Assembly (NCBI RefSeq): GCF_036321535.1
Contig: NC_087436.1
Coordinates: 34,102,001-34,166,000, forward strand
Length of the DNA stretch: 64,000 nt
Source: Camelus dromedarius
Taxonomy: Eukaryota
Direction of reading: 5' to 3'
Position numbers and translations under genes: made by a program. The notes beneath the pieces were generated by a model that searched no databases, was not told the origin of the DNA, and saw only the letters and a list, made by a program, of their open reading frames with translations. Position 1 is the stretch's first letter. The number at the start of each line of letters is the position of its first letter. This document shows, in pieces, positions 12,715-26,869 of this stretch.

Positions 12715-15182
12715 ACAGCTTGCACACACACATCACTACACACAAATTCATGAAATTCTAGGTGAGATGAAAGCCCACTAGTTAGGAAAAGTTGGGTCAA
12801 AAAATAATCTCAGAGTTTCCACTCACCATTGATCCCTCTGCTTAAGCTTTCAGTGGTTTTCTTTTGCCTAAAAAATTAATACAATGTCCAGCCTGGCACT
12901 CTTCACCTTCCATTATGTTTACTTCTTCAACATTTACTTTTTCCCATATGTTGACAAGAAACCCAACCTCTTGTCAATCTGGACCCGATACAGACACACC
13001 TGATCTCCCTTCCCTCAGGGTTGTTCAGTCACCCCAACCCCACTCAGAACAACACTGTCTGTTGTTCTTAGTCCTCAAATTGCTGCCCGAATGCACCACC
13101 CCTCCTAAAGTTTTAAAAATGTTTTTATACATGCTCTGTTTCCTGATCTGTAATCCTACATGAATTAATTGTATTTCCTGACAATTAACATTTGTTTTTT
13201 ATTGTAATTATTTTATAATTGTTACTACAAATATTAAACTCCTAGAGCTCTATCAGACAACCAACGATAACTACATCTTGATATTAGACGTTGTGCAATA
13301 AATATTCATTGAATTGAATATGTTACGCAGTTTAATAGGAAACAATGCAATTTTAAGCTTAGTTCTTACACAAAGAAACGTCCATGCCTTATTCATTGAA
13401 AGTATTACAGTTTTGGAAGTAGCTTCATACTTACACATACTCATCTAGCTTATTTGTCTGTCATGAATTGATTACAGTCATCAAAAGTAATTTTAGAATT
13501 GGCAGCTTTCACCTTAGAAGCAACTCTTAACCCTGTTTGTAATTGTGGAACTGCCATTAAAAAAAAGAATCATGCAGCAAGTTATTTGAATATGTTTCTT
13601 TTCACTTCATAGATGTCCTTCTACCTTTTTTACCCAATCCTCCTGGGAAGAAAAAAATGTTTTAATTATTAAAGCACTTCAAAACCATTAGAGGGAAAGG
13701 AAACACTTTGGCCCACTTTATTTTTCCTGTTTCTTTATGAAGCTTCAGAGGCTCTCTTCATTAAACATTCTCTGATTCTAATTCTTTTTCTTGTGTTCCT
13801 TCAGTGGGTTAGGCAATATTAAATCTTACCCTTTTCAAATATTTTATACAATTTCAAATCTCTTTAACTTTCAAGTCAGAAGATATTTATAGTCCTTGGA
13901 GAAACTTGATCAAAGTACAATGTTTGTATATTCTCAAGACTCCCTCCTAATGAAAGAGATTCTCTCACATCAAAGCTTCCCCACTCTGTTTTGAAGAAAA
14001 CTGGATGACCAGCAGAGTAACCATCTCCAGTTTATTAATTACTGTCTGCTTAATTCCATGTACCAGGATCTCAGGCAGTCACCAGCAGGACCTGGGCCCA
14101 CAGCAGTGTAATTTCTCAGAGATTTTATTTCCCTAGGGTTTCTCTTTGTACCAACTTCCCACCCCCTTTCCTTTTAAGATTTTTTTCTTTTTTTTTTTCT
14201 TGCAAATAATTTTTACATCCAGCGTTAAACAATATTGCATTTCATGCTTGCTTGCTGCTTCAGGTCTAGTAACCACATTTCTTATGAACCGTGTAATAGT
14301 AAAAGTCAGATTGGTTATTTGCTTTTTGATGTGAAATGGTTATTGCACATGACTGAGGTGCCACAAATTATTTTGCCTCTGATCATGTCACACATAATAA
14401 AACAAGTAACACTCAGTTTAGAACACAGATTGAGTCACAAAGTTTACAGAGGGTTGTCTTTTTATGTGGAATTTATTGCTAATGTAGAAAAATAAGAATG
14501 GAGAATTATTTGCCCCCCCAAAAACCCTACAATTAAAAAAAAGTTAGAACCAGTTTAAATACATATACACACTTACACACACACACACGCACGCGCATAT
14601 ATAGGCTTAACAATCTGTTTAAAAAATAGTTTAAAAAAACTCAATGCTTAGGAGAGACATTATAAATTATGTATCAGTAGAACAGAATAAGATTATAAAG
14701 TAGTGGTGTATGTAAGGAAACATGAATCAGTGTTATTTAGTTAACAGAGGAAACTGATAAAGTAAAATCAAGGAGAAAACAGTTAGATACACACATACAT
14801 AGACACACACACACAGCAGAGGCAAAGACACTGCTTTCTTATTTTTGTGCCCTAACAGTGATGGTCCTCCAAAGGTGGATTTTTCTTTTTTACCATGAAA
14901 ATGGCATATTTTCTTTCTTTTTTTCTGTTATTGAGGATCAAATATATACTACTTCAACAATAAGAGAGTACATTCTGCAAAACCTAAAAAAGATAACTGA
15001 CATATTTTTGAAGGATTTTATAAGATTAAATTCTTTTAAAAAATTAAGAATACTCAATTATAAATACACTAAAATACCTATAACACAACCATCTTAATAA
15101 AACATATATGTGTGTATACGTACATATATTTACATAAATGCTATGGTACTTTCTTTTTGTGTAATTACCCCCTATTCACTCT

Positions 15183-15668
15183 GTTGCTGAAGGAGGGAAG
15201 CCCACTCTAGGGTTTGGGGGTGGCTAGAACACAGGACACCTACCACTGGACAGATGAGCTGGACAGCAGTGTATCAGTCACGTATACTCATCTCCTGGGA
15301 GAGGAGGACACTGCACCCCACAGAGGGCCACATGGGGGTTGCACTGTGGAACAGAGTGAAGGGCCAGGGGCTGTGGGAGGCAGGTTTTACAGTCTCAAGT
15401 GGGTGGAGTATGCCCCAGATTCCTGCAGGAGGATGTGATGGGGTGTTTGAGTAATTCCAGGGGCTGGCTGAGTAGTGAAACCTGCCAGTCATGGATAAGC
15501 AGGCATTGGGCCTGGTCTCCTGATAAGGGCTGAGTGGTGAGGGCACCTTATCTGCAGGAGCAGAGTGAGGAAGAGACCACCGTTAGGCCAGGTGAGGCCT
15601 TCCCAACGTCACCACCTGTCAAGGTAGCACATCATATTGGGGCTTCAATTTCAGGCCTTAGATTACAC
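15183..15668 (-). mobile_element. ERVL-class solo LTR (MER76-like)
   Basis: ctggacagatgagctggacagcag...gggagaggaggacactgcac...gggttgcactgtggaacagagtgaa...ggggctgtgggaggcagg. Confidence 0.65.
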
Positions 15669-18226
15669 TCTTCTAATAATATACTTGTTTCATGCTAAAC
15701 TAAAATCAGAGATAGCTGGTGAAAAAGTATTATAATTAAATTGGTGTTCATAGAAACTTCTGTGGCATGTGAATTGTAGTGGCATAGACTAGGAATGTTA
15801 CAGCAAAGTTGTGTTAACAGCTGTAACATTCCTCTGTTACAGGAATTGTTGAAGTTAGGTCCAAACAATCAACCAAATTTTGCTTTTGCCCCCCACTACT
15901 TTGGATTATAATGCAATTGCAGCATTACTTTTCTAGGGACCTTGTGTGAACATAGGGCTCATCATAGTCTTTCTGAGAAATACACCTATGTATTTTATGT
16001 CAATGATGCTAGAGTAACAGAGCAAGAATTACTTGACAAGAGGTCTACCCCTTTTATATTAGATGCACAATTATATTTTCTCTTACTTGAGAAAGTCTCA
16101 AAAAGGAAATGCCTTGCTTTAGGAGTTGAAACATAGGATTGAAAGGCCATTTAGTCCAAATTCTTTGCTCATGAATCCTCTACACTAACTCGCTGAAGTA
16201 ATCACAGACACTTCCTGAACTCATCAGAGAAAGGAAATGCTCTTCTCACAGGGTAAACATATCTTTTGCGTTCTTGCTATTGGCTACATCTTTTTTCCTA
16301 ATTGAGTCAAAGTGTGTCTCAGAAAAATAGTAGAAGTCAGCTTTTGCTTTTTTCCCCTGGTAGTATCATACCTAATGTATTTGACACCCAGAGTGGATCA
16401 TTTTTAATGCCCCATCTTTACATAACAGAATCATATTTGGTAGTAATCAAGGAGTGATAAACAAATAATGGCCAGAAAAGAAATGGCAGTCATTGAAAAG
16501 TTTATTTTGTCCAATGTACACATGGAATTATATAAAAGGTAAAATATCACAGCATAAAAAAAAGAAAAGGAGTATTTGACTAATGTATCTTAATTATGTT
16601 AATGTGTATTTTGATAAAAGGGAAATAACACATATTGTTCTGTTGCATCCATGAAAGAAAGCCATGCAGCTTCTGTTTTTAGCCTTGGCATCGGTCAGTT
16701 TGTCACTCTGTCTTTAAAATTGATAATCTTCACATATTCAGGCTCAGTGGAGAGTATGGACAAATTTGCCAACCTATCATCACTCACAGGGGTTAGAAAA
16801 TACTTTTTATTAATTTCAAATTTGAAAAGTCCCTTTAGCATGAAGACTCAGATGCACACAATACTTAGGAAAAATTTTAAATGTAAGGACAATTCTGGCA
16901 CAGAATTTTTGGAAATCCAGTTTCATGATCAATTCCTGAGATTAAAATACTGTCCATGCATCTGTTCTTTAGGTTTTATGCTAGCAGTTTTCAAATGTTC
17001 AAAACTTTTTAAGCAAATGAAAACTCCAGGTTGTCACATGGAATTACAGATCTGAAGTAACTCAACTTACTTTTCTCAGTTTTAAATTCGTGTTTTATCA
17101 TTACTTACATAAAATTACCCTTTAAAAGCAAGACTGTGGTGACAGGGTGGTGCGAGGCACAAGCTACATGGGATGTGATAGCCAGCAATTCTGAACCCTT
17201 AAAAGTTATTTTCAAAAAGAATGTTTTTGCCAAGTCTACACTTTTCAGGAAGATGATAAAACTAGGAATTTTCAATTGATGTAGTAATAATGTTTCTTAA
17301 ATAATAAGTAATAAAAAGAAGAAAACTTGAAACACGTATATTATCAAAACTCAACAGGAATGCCAAGGATGGATTAAAATTTAGACTAACAGAATTTCTT
17401 AGGAGAAGAATATTTTATTATTGACATTCTTTGGGATTGCCAGTGCATGATGATAGCCAAATTTAGGGCCACCTTTTCATTAGTTTTATTGTCAGTTTTA
17501 AATCCTCTGTTAACCATATACCCTGTTACTGCTTGTACCCAATTCTGAGTGCTTCCAACCCTTTCTTTGAATACTTTTGCCATCAGGTTGCTCTGGGGCA
17601 GGCTGAAGATTTTCTTTGGTTTAGGCATTCTTTCTTTCTTTAAACAATCATCATATAATAGTATCCTGAATCTTCTCCATTCAAGTCCTGTATGCCCCTG
17701 CCTTTTCAATAAGGAACACGATAATCAGATTAGTAACAATTTAAGCTGACAGTGAATTTCTTTTTCTATTATAAGCCAAAAGTTATAACATATTAGATGT
17801 GTTCTTTGAGTATGGAATATTACATCTTAAAATATCCTGTGGTTCTCAATATTATCTGTGTCATCACTAATAGAAGTAATGCTAGCTGTAGTTATTTTAT
17901 GAACTGAAACCATCTCACAATAGTTCTGATCAATAAGTTATCGCAGGGAAGTAAAAGGAATTCGTATACGTGTGCAATTAACATTCAGCAAATCCACTTC
18001 CATATTCATTATGCCCCATTTCTCTGTTTTATTTCTCATATAAACTGAGTTAATCAGTACTTTAGGTATCTTCTTTTAGAGTAATTTTGTGTTCACCTAA
18101 CTGTGAGTTCTCTATTGGTGTCAGTAAGGTAAAATATGGTAGCTGTAAGAGAGTATTAAAAATGAGTGTCTGATAGATTATAGGCTGATATCCTCACTTT
18201 ATCTGCAAAAGCATTTAATGTTTAAA

Positions 18227-18445
18227 ATTTTTATTGAAATATAGTTTATTTACAATGTTGTGTTAGTTTCTGGTGTACAGAAAAATGATTCATATATATA
18301 TATATATATATATTCTTTTTGTATTCTTTTCCATTATGGTTTATTACTGGATATTGAATATAGTTCCCTGTGCTATACAGTAAGACCTTGCTGTTTATTT
18401 AATTTAAATATAGTTATTTGTATCTGATAATCTCAAACTCCTAAC
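18227..18445 (-). mobile_element. L1 3' end fragment with (TA)n
   Basis: tttattgaaatatagtttatttacaatgttgtgttagtttctggtgtacag...atattgaatatagttccctgtgctatacagta. Confidence 0.85.
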
Positions 18446-18629
18446 AAAATTACTTTTAAATGAAATAGTTTTTTGTATAATTAATCCTACAATTTAGGTT
18501 GAAATTTTAGTAAAGAACATTCTGGAATATCGATATGCAGACCCCTAGAGCTGGACGAAGTCTTAAATGTAATCTAATCAAATTTCCGGAATGTAGAGAA
18601 AAATTAAGACCTATAGGTATAAATGGTTT

Positions 18630-19020
18630 TGAAGTCAGCAAGACCTAGCTTTTAGTCCTGAGCTTCACCATTTACTAAATATGTGACCAGCAAAGGAGAT
18701 AATTCCTTGAGCTTTTACTTCCTCATCTGCAAACACTCAGAAAATAACTCAGAAAAGAATCAGAAAAGAAAATACTTCCCTCGTGTGAGGATTAAACAAA
18801 GTAATACATATGAAGCATTTTTTCACAACGCGTTGTGAAAGGCTGAACAGAAGTTTCATTGCACATCAATTCTAAAGCCAGGAATCTTGGTGCCACTAGC
18901 TATTCTCTTATGCTTCAGTTTTCTCATTTATAAAATGGGAAAATAATAGTACTTTATAGGTTCATTATGACGAATCAATAAGCTAATATGTGAAATGTAC
19001 GTAAAACAACAAACATTTGA
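18630..19020 (+). mobile_element. Two MIR SINE fragments
   Basis: MIR core motifs cttcctcatctgcaaa and cagttttctcatttataaaatgggaaaataatagtac. Confidence 0.7.
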
Positions 19021-19494
19021 ATCCTAGGTATATGTATATATATATGATAACTACTACTAGTGTAATTCTCTTAAATATTACCTCCTTTAAAAATGCCTCA
19101 TTCTGTAAACTGAATGCTGAGGCTGCTTAAAGCAAGTGTAGATAGATTAGAGAGGTCCATACAGGTCTGAATTCTTAGGTTAGGGGGAGTTGAGAGACAA
19201 AATATATTTTTTTCTTTCTCTCAGTATCTGATTTTTTTTAGACTTTTCTAAGGTAAACAACAATGGCACCAAAACATGGTAGTAAATTCCTTCTGTCCCT
19301 ATTAATAACCATATGGAAATGCAGAAGCTGGTTTATGAAAGCCCCCACATTAGGAAGAGATTATCCGTGTTCTAAAAATGTCTGTGGCCCTCTACAATGT
19401 CTAAATTACAGTCGGGAAGAATCTTAGGCATGGGCAGAATGGAGCACATTGTAATAAAGACAATTAAAGGATGCCTTTAAGGCTCTGGAACAAA

Positions 19495-19678
19495 AAGTTC
19501 TGTTTCCCCAAGGGACTTCTGACAATGTCTGGAGACATTTTTGGTTGCCACAACGTGGTGGGTACTGCTGGCATCTAGTGGGCGATGCTGTTAAACAATG
19601 CAGGGGACAGCTCCCCACAACAAAGAACTATCTGATCCAAAAATGTTGATCCTGCTGAGGTCAAGAAAGAACCCTGTT
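19495..19678 (+). mobile_element. MER20 hAT DNA transposon
   Basis: acaatgtctggagacatttttggttgccacaac...tactgctggcatctagtggg...ggacagctccccacaacaaagaactatctg. Confidence 0.85.
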
Positions 19679-22600
19679 GTGGAGGGACAGCCTGAATTTA
19701 ACAGACTTCATTTCAGGCAACTTCCAGTTCAGTAAAACCTTACCACACACATAAATGTGCTTGTTTAAGTTGTTGCGCCAACATTTCTAATACTAGTCAC
19801 TACTGATGAGGAGACATTTCCGGGGATACTAAATGTAGCCTGTTGGCAAAGGTAATGTGACTTTTTTTTTGTTATTTTATCAGAGCTTAATTGCCAGGAA
19901 ATATTCTTTCTGGTTATTACCACATAATTATGCACATTCTGTGTGTAAAACTTATGCGCTTGCTTTAAAAATACTCTAAATATTTGCTCTAAATATGTAT
20001 GTCATCATTTCCTGCATTACAGCTGTAACCAGGCAGTAAAATCATACTTGCTAATAAAATGCAACTCATTTTATAACTGAGATCTGTAAGGTGAGAAATC
20101 CTGCTTTTGAGCAGATGATTTTTGCAAAGTCAATGTTTTACATTATAAAATATATACAAAGAGAGATATTTTTCATTTTGTTTTTATAGCATAATTATGC
20201 CCTGTACTTACCATTCCAATATGAATTATTATTATGATTATAAAAATAATATATGTTTATGGCCAATAAAACGAGTCACATGATCTCCTATCCCTCCCTC
20301 CTTCCCACAAGGCATACTCTCTAAAGGTTACTATTTAGGTTATGTTTCCTCTGCTTCATTTCTGTACATTCCCTGCCTATCTCCCTTCCCTTGAATGGAA
20401 GCACTGACAGAAAGTTCTATTATGTACATGCAACAGCTTCACATCATAATAAATTACAAGAAGAAAGCAGATGGATTTCCCTTCATCACTTCACATTACA
20501 ACCCCCAAGTCAAAATAAGAAAGTACTCAAAGGCCACAGGACGTGTGCCTTGGCTCTCCTTAGGAAAATTGGTTGGGTTTGTTGTTGTTTTAAGAGTAGA
20601 GCTTAGCCTGACGTGAGCTTAGGAGCAATCTTGTTGCCAATGGTTTCGTAATCACAGGACTGGGGAGAAGAGTAGGGTAGTGACTGAACTTCCCACTGGT
20701 GTCTTAGAGTTCTTGAGGAGATTCTTGGTTTTTGCTTTCCCCAAGTTTGGCCTTAGATTTCAAGTTGAAGAGTCTCTGCCTGAGAAAGAGTGAGTCCCAT
20801 CTCCACCTCAGTTTTCCCTGTGAGGAGGATACTTTTTTCTGATTTATATGTGATTTAATTCCAGTTCTTTTCACTATAACATATTTGGCCCAATGGTAGA
20901 CATACATACTATATCCTTATGTCAATAGGATTTTGGAAGAAGAAAGGTAGAAATGTGAATTGAATTTCTCATTTTGAGCCAGATTTTTAAGTTAACATTT
21001 AAAGACTTATTTCTACCTTGCATCTGTTTGTCTACTCTTAGTTTGCCTCGAAAATTATTTATTCTAAAAAGTTTATGCATTATTTAAAATATCTTCTGAT
21101 CCTACATCCAGCCATCTTATCTTGGAAAGATTAAAAAAACATGAAAGACAGTCTGTTTTAGAGATTTCTAAAAAAATACTTTCTTATGACTTTAGAATTA
21201 CGAACAATGAAAGAATGACTTAAAATAGCTATTGTATATTGTTCTCTGAAAATTTCAAGAATGCCATCAAATTCACAGTTTTTTAGTTTTGAACCACCAT
21301 AAAACTTGCAGTAAAATCAAATGGAAAGCAATATTGGAATTCCCTCAGAGAACCTTTGAATCTGGGCTATAGTTTCTTGCCTTTACACTTTGATTAGTAC
21401 TTCCTGGAAAAGCCTAGTTTGTTGGTTTTAATGGACTCTTCATATATAATTTATAATTGCTCCTATAACAGAAATATGGAAAAATGACATTAGATCTAAC
21501 ACACAATACAAATTGTGTTATTTTATGATCTGGAAAGAAACTTCATTGGAACATTAAAATTATTTCACACGTATATATAGAGGGAATCAACAAGGAAGAT
21601 ATTATTATTCTGAACATCATCACTTACTGATCAAAATGGATTAAGCAATGTATGATTTAGTTTTATAATTTACTAGAAAACACTGTATTTATTTACAGGA
21701 AAAAGGCATTTTTTATCACTAGAATTACAAAGTAGAGATAAAAATGAAAATCATAAAACATTTATTGAAAAATTTGTAATGCATGTGGAGAAGATAAATT
21801 TACAAATGTATTACAATTATTTTGCTTCTTATTTTCAGTAACAAGCTTGTTCTAAAGAAAAAGATAGATAGAGAATGTAAAATTGGGTTGAGTATGCAAT
21901 ATAATTTGGGTCCTATGCTTTGGAAAGATGTTACATGTTAGGAACAATAAAGTTGTTATGTCACATGTTGTATTTAAAGAAAATTCAGCAAGGAAGGTAT
22001 TATTTCTAAACATCATAACCTATTTATCAAACTAGTATAATCTTGTCAGCCTTTTTTTTTCCAGAATAGTCTCAATAGGTTTAGCTTTTTCTATTATTTA
22101 TAAAAGAGTCTTCACATCAATGAAATAAATAAAAATTAGGTAGTGACTTGGTTATTCTGATATATTTGGTTAAATCAGATGAGACATGTCAGCAAAACTG
22201 TCAAAAGTTGTTTCCTTCCTTAGAAGTTTACAATATTGGTGCACATGAATATGTTCTGACAGTTGAAAGAAATTTCATGACTAGCAGTAAGAAACCACTG
22301 CCTGGAGAATTATCTTCTGTTGTCGAGTCCACATTCTTTGTCCCTACAAATTTACTGTGATAACTGGTTTGCTAGGAAGTCAACTGTAAATAAGGAAAAT
22401 CAAAACATCATAATTAATTTTAGAAATATGTCTAAAGTATTTGAATACATGTTTTGTCATTTCTATTCAATAATCAGCGATTGCAAGATAATTGAGCCTT
22501 TTTATATGTGGACAGTTATCAACTGATGGACCCAATGATTAAAATAAAACAATATAAACTCCCCTAAACACATACACACACTCACACATTCGCAATGGCT

Positions 22601-24262
22601 TTAATGACGCTTGGGAGAATGAACAGATTTCCAGGGTGTCAACTTACTGTTGTTTACTTGTAACCATTAATCACGTAGAATTACTTCTATTCCATTGCTA
22701 TTATATACAACCATTTCAATCATGTGTACGTGTGTGAACATATATATATATATATATATATGTATTTAGTTTTTATATCTTTATTTAATTTTGACTCTGA
22801 CCTACCTTAAACTTGTTCCTTGAAGAGCATTATAATATGAGGGAAGAAAATTGAGCTGGGATATAAAAGATGCAATTCTAATCTCTCCTTTATCATTCAA
22901 AGCCTTTAAAATGCCTATATGAACTCTAAAGTCCCTATCATTTCTCACACTGTATAAAGTTATGTACAATTTCAACAAAACACAAATATCTCCTCTGAAT
23001 TTTTATCAATTCTGTAAGAACTATTACAGAAAACTCTTAATTTTTTTCAGTTTCAACCTAAATTCTAGTAAACTTTTAAATTCTTTCCTGAATTTTTTCT
23101 TGTCTAAAAAGCATATGCAACAACCATTTTGACAAAAATATATAGAATGATATCTCAGTATCATAAATATAACATTATTAAAAATTTTTATATATAACCA
23201 TAAAGTTATATATTTTATCATACATCGTATTTTCATAGTTTGGGAGTTTTATCATAGCCTATATTTCTTTTTTTTGTACTCTCTTTTCCTATATAGACTA
23301 TGTATTTCATTTATTTTTGATTTGCAATTTTCTTATGTTGGCAGACTTAACAATGAACTCCACTTAGGCAATGTATGAGGATTCTGCCGTTGCTCAGAAA
23401 ATTCACTTCAATTATACTCAGAAATGGGAGTAATGATACCAGGGTAATTTTGAGTTTCATTGGACCTACCTGTAAGTCAGATTACAATCAAAACTCTTTT
23501 TATCTTCTGACCTTATATGTGTTGGAGGAGCATTTGAAGTCCTGACAAACCAAGGTTAGCACAGAGCCATTTCCAATAACCTCACCAAAGAGTGGTTATT
23601 TAACTTTCCACACCAGTGCAGTTTATTCAGTGAGCTGTTTTCTGAAATGTGCTTAAGAATGTACATAAGTAAAGCTGAAGTTATTGATTAAAAAAAAATC
23701 TGGAAGAAACTTTTCTTAAAGATCAAGCATTTATTTTGTGTTTACATTATGTTCAGTTCTTAGTTTTCAGCTGGGGATTTTCTAGACTGGAGCACACATC
23801 AGTGTTACTCTTTTCTAAACAGTTCCTCTCTGGTAGTAATGAGGAGCTCAGGGAGGTTTCTAAAATTTATTAAACCACTAAATTACCATTTAGCATATAT
23901 TAAACAGTATTAATAATAATAAGAAATAGGATTGGGAGGAAAGACCATACAAACATAATAAGGTAAGATGCCCAAGGGGAACAAAGCAATGCTTTAGGAC
24001 CTTCATAGTAAGACTGTAAAACACAGTTAAAGAAAATGAGTATTTTATCCGTGATGATAAACTTGCAGCATAATTGAATTTAAAATTCAGTTCAATATAG
24101 TTTAGGATAATTCTATGATTGTCCCTGACGTACTGCAACAGTAATGAGCTAAAGGGCATCATTATATCTGGGAAGAATTCGTGATATTATTCAGCATCTG
24201 GTAAATTAGGCAAAGAGTGACAGACTCTTTCTGCATGACATATTAGAGTGTGACATTTTGTT

Positions 24263-24862
24263 TCATTCTAAAATGCTACCATTTGGGAAATTATCTGAAT
24301 AGTTCAGGTCTCCATCTCTTTTGACTGAAACAGCAAATAACAGGGAGCAGTGCCCTGGCGGGAGTGAGCGCAGTTTTCGCTTTGCATCTACTCTTTCTCG
24401 TTTTTGCCGCAGATGAGCACAGGCTACAGCACCAGAGGGAACACGCCTTGTGATTACTACAAAACTCTTGACTCATAACAACACACTGAACTAAAAAAAT
24501 TACAAAAAATGTATAGAACATACATAGAGGGGGTCTAGGAATTGTGAATCAAATATCACTTATCAAAGTTGGCAATGAGAGCTATGTACAAATTGCTTGG
24601 TATATGGGTCACTTTATTAATAGTAATTTAGAGGAAATTAGAATAATGCTTTCTACCAAAAACTTGAAGTGAACCATGAAAAAATATGAAGGAAGCAGAG
24701 TATAAATATCTTAAAACTCTTTTTGGAATTTACAAACTAATTATCAAACGAAGAGGGATTCTGTGATATGGGGGAAAGCATATATGCTATAATATTTTGG
24801 ATTATCTAAAAATATATGAAGGATATAGGAGAGAGGCCAACCAGAAAAAAGTTAAGTGAAAA
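24263..24862 (-). pseudogene. PKD1-like relic: TM9-11 and C-terminal tail
   Basis: cactatttcag|T. WLASLL...SKIL*HICF ~ LAASLLFLLLVKAAQQLRF; IALIANFDK*YLIHN/ILDPLY ~ PKD2 [23 protein letters not shown]. The 3' end is provisional (stop at 24265-24263). Confidence 0.75.
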
Positions 24863-25329
24863 CTGAAATAGTGTATGTCAGTAGAGTTAAAATGCATAAT
24901 CTGCTTGCAAAGTTTAAAACAACGAAGTCCTCCATATCCTATAAAGTCAAATTCAAGGCACACATCTTCCCAGCCTTTGCCTATATTGGCAGTCAAAAGG
25001 GATTTTTTCTTCCCTTGTTCTGTGTTTGTAGTTTGTCTGTAATTCTATTTTAATTCTTACTGTAGCCTGCATTGGATTATATTTGTTTTTGTTTTCCAAA
25101 CCATACTGGGAGCTGCCGGAAGGTAGGATCCTTTTTACTCTTCACAATAACAGTTGGTTAAACAGGATTAACTAACTTGATGAGAATATAAATGTGATCT
25201 AGCTTGGACAACTGTCACTCCATTTCCTTCCAGAGTTGATTTAAGCTGATCTGGCAGCCTAGGCTGGAATCCTGTAGCTTCCATGTAACTCTTTGTTGTG
25301 TATGCTTAAATGAATAGACAGACTTTTTG

Positions 25330-25497
25330 GAGAAAAAGAAGTGTATCATTTAATAAAATATATTCCATTTGAATGATAATGATGCCACAGCCTATCATTA
25401 ATTTGAATGTGAGATATATAGTATGTACTGCAGTGTACCGAGAATTATGGGTGTGACATGAAGACATGGCATAACCAAAAGCAATGCAGAAACAGGC

Positions 25498-25547
<50 letters not shown>

Positions 25548-26492
25548 CACATGTATACATTTTGTGTCAGAAACTAAAATATATGCAAATTATATCTGAT
25601 ATCTCATGTACATAAGCGTGGTTTCTAATAAATAAATTTTATGCATATGATGCAAAATGCTATATTATCATGCACCATCTAGATGAGTAATTGAGACACT
25701 ATGATGGATTCTGAATATGGAGTTAAGATCTTATGCCAATCAATGGCAACAATTTAAATTGTACTATGACTCTTGTGAACCAAATCATAAGGGTTTTTTG
25801 GAATCCTGAATACAAGAGTAATATCCAAGGCCTATTTCAGTGAAATTATATTTTTAAAATGTCTACTATATTCAGAATCTGATTCATTGGTAATCTGTGT
25901 TGTTTAAGTGGTTTAAGAGCAGTTTTCAAGTCATACCATCAAAATGTAAAAAAAAATTGAACAAGGTTAATTCTTCAACTTTCTCTGCTTCAGCTTGTTG
26001 GTCTTCTTTCCAGCTACTAATGGACTAGACAAGTTCAAATTCTTAAGAAAGAATATCTGATTGACCAAGATACTTGGTAACATTCTGTTATCTGTCACTG
26101 AGTCAGCTGTCCACAGTGAACCTACCATGTGTGGCTCTTGGGGTGGACTATGAGGTATTGAACAGGGTCACTCCGTGGCTTTACGCAGCCTGTAGTAGAG
26201 ATGGAGCGGTTTCCCACAGAGGGACAATGACATGGCAGAAACCAAGATTGATTGTCCAGTAAATTTATTTTTTTATGCACATATTCAAATGTGGCCAAAC
26301 TATGCACATGCCAAACTGGAAAATCATCTTTGAATCTGTAAAACATATGAAAATCTGAAAGTTAAGTACCCAGTGGAATTTAAGGAGAAAATAATACGTC
26401 CCCATTAAAAAAGCTATTTTTCTTAATTGGCAATATTTCCTAGTGTGTTTCTTTTTATCCTTTCCAACAAAGCATAAGTAAGCAATTGACAC
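25330..26492 (-). pseudogene. PKD1-like relic: TM6, TOP domain, TM7-8
   Basis: cattccag|GTG. LCFVGKDKKKHTRKYCQL ~ ALFLAKEEARKVKRLHGM; HLNMCIKK*I ~ RLQSAIKQEL; *STPRATHGR ~ LGPPRLRQVR; TEIGLG ~ QELGLS; TRVIVQFKL ~ RAVFLELTR; CLHVTPIILGTLQYILYISH ~ PKD2 [28 protein letters not shown] ~ ADRQWTRF. Confidence 0.78.
25504..25543. repeat. (TG)n microsatellite inside the TM7-8 relic
   Basis: Read directly. Confidence 0.95.
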
Positions 26493-26869
26493 CTGGAATG
26501 TTTGGCAAATGCATTAGCCGTGGCACACAGAGAGATGAATAGTTGGCAGACACGTGCTGAAATCTGGCAGATCACCAGACCAAGAGATGACAATGCCTAA
26601 GATATTACTGCTTTCCTTTTTACCTAAATTTGGCTTTGTATTTAATTGCATTTACATAAGAACAACAAAGTTATAATTTTAGGAATTTGCGGAGGTGTAG
26701 AATTCAGCATTAGCTGAAACATTTTCCGATATATATTATTGAGAAAGACTGTCCTCCTTTGAAAAAGGTGCCTCAGGTTCAGTGGAAAAGAAAATAAGCC
26801 ATGACTACTTAACAGAAAGAGAAATTAAGCAAGCAGATGGATGTCACCCTCTCCCTGAATTGGCAAGGA

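Noticed and set aside
26122..26346. Alternative frame RFKDDFPVWHVHSL..YVH as the TOP-domain start
   Set aside because: The neighbouring frame, continuous from 26492, accounts for more PKD1 motifs in the right order. Some ambiguity remains.
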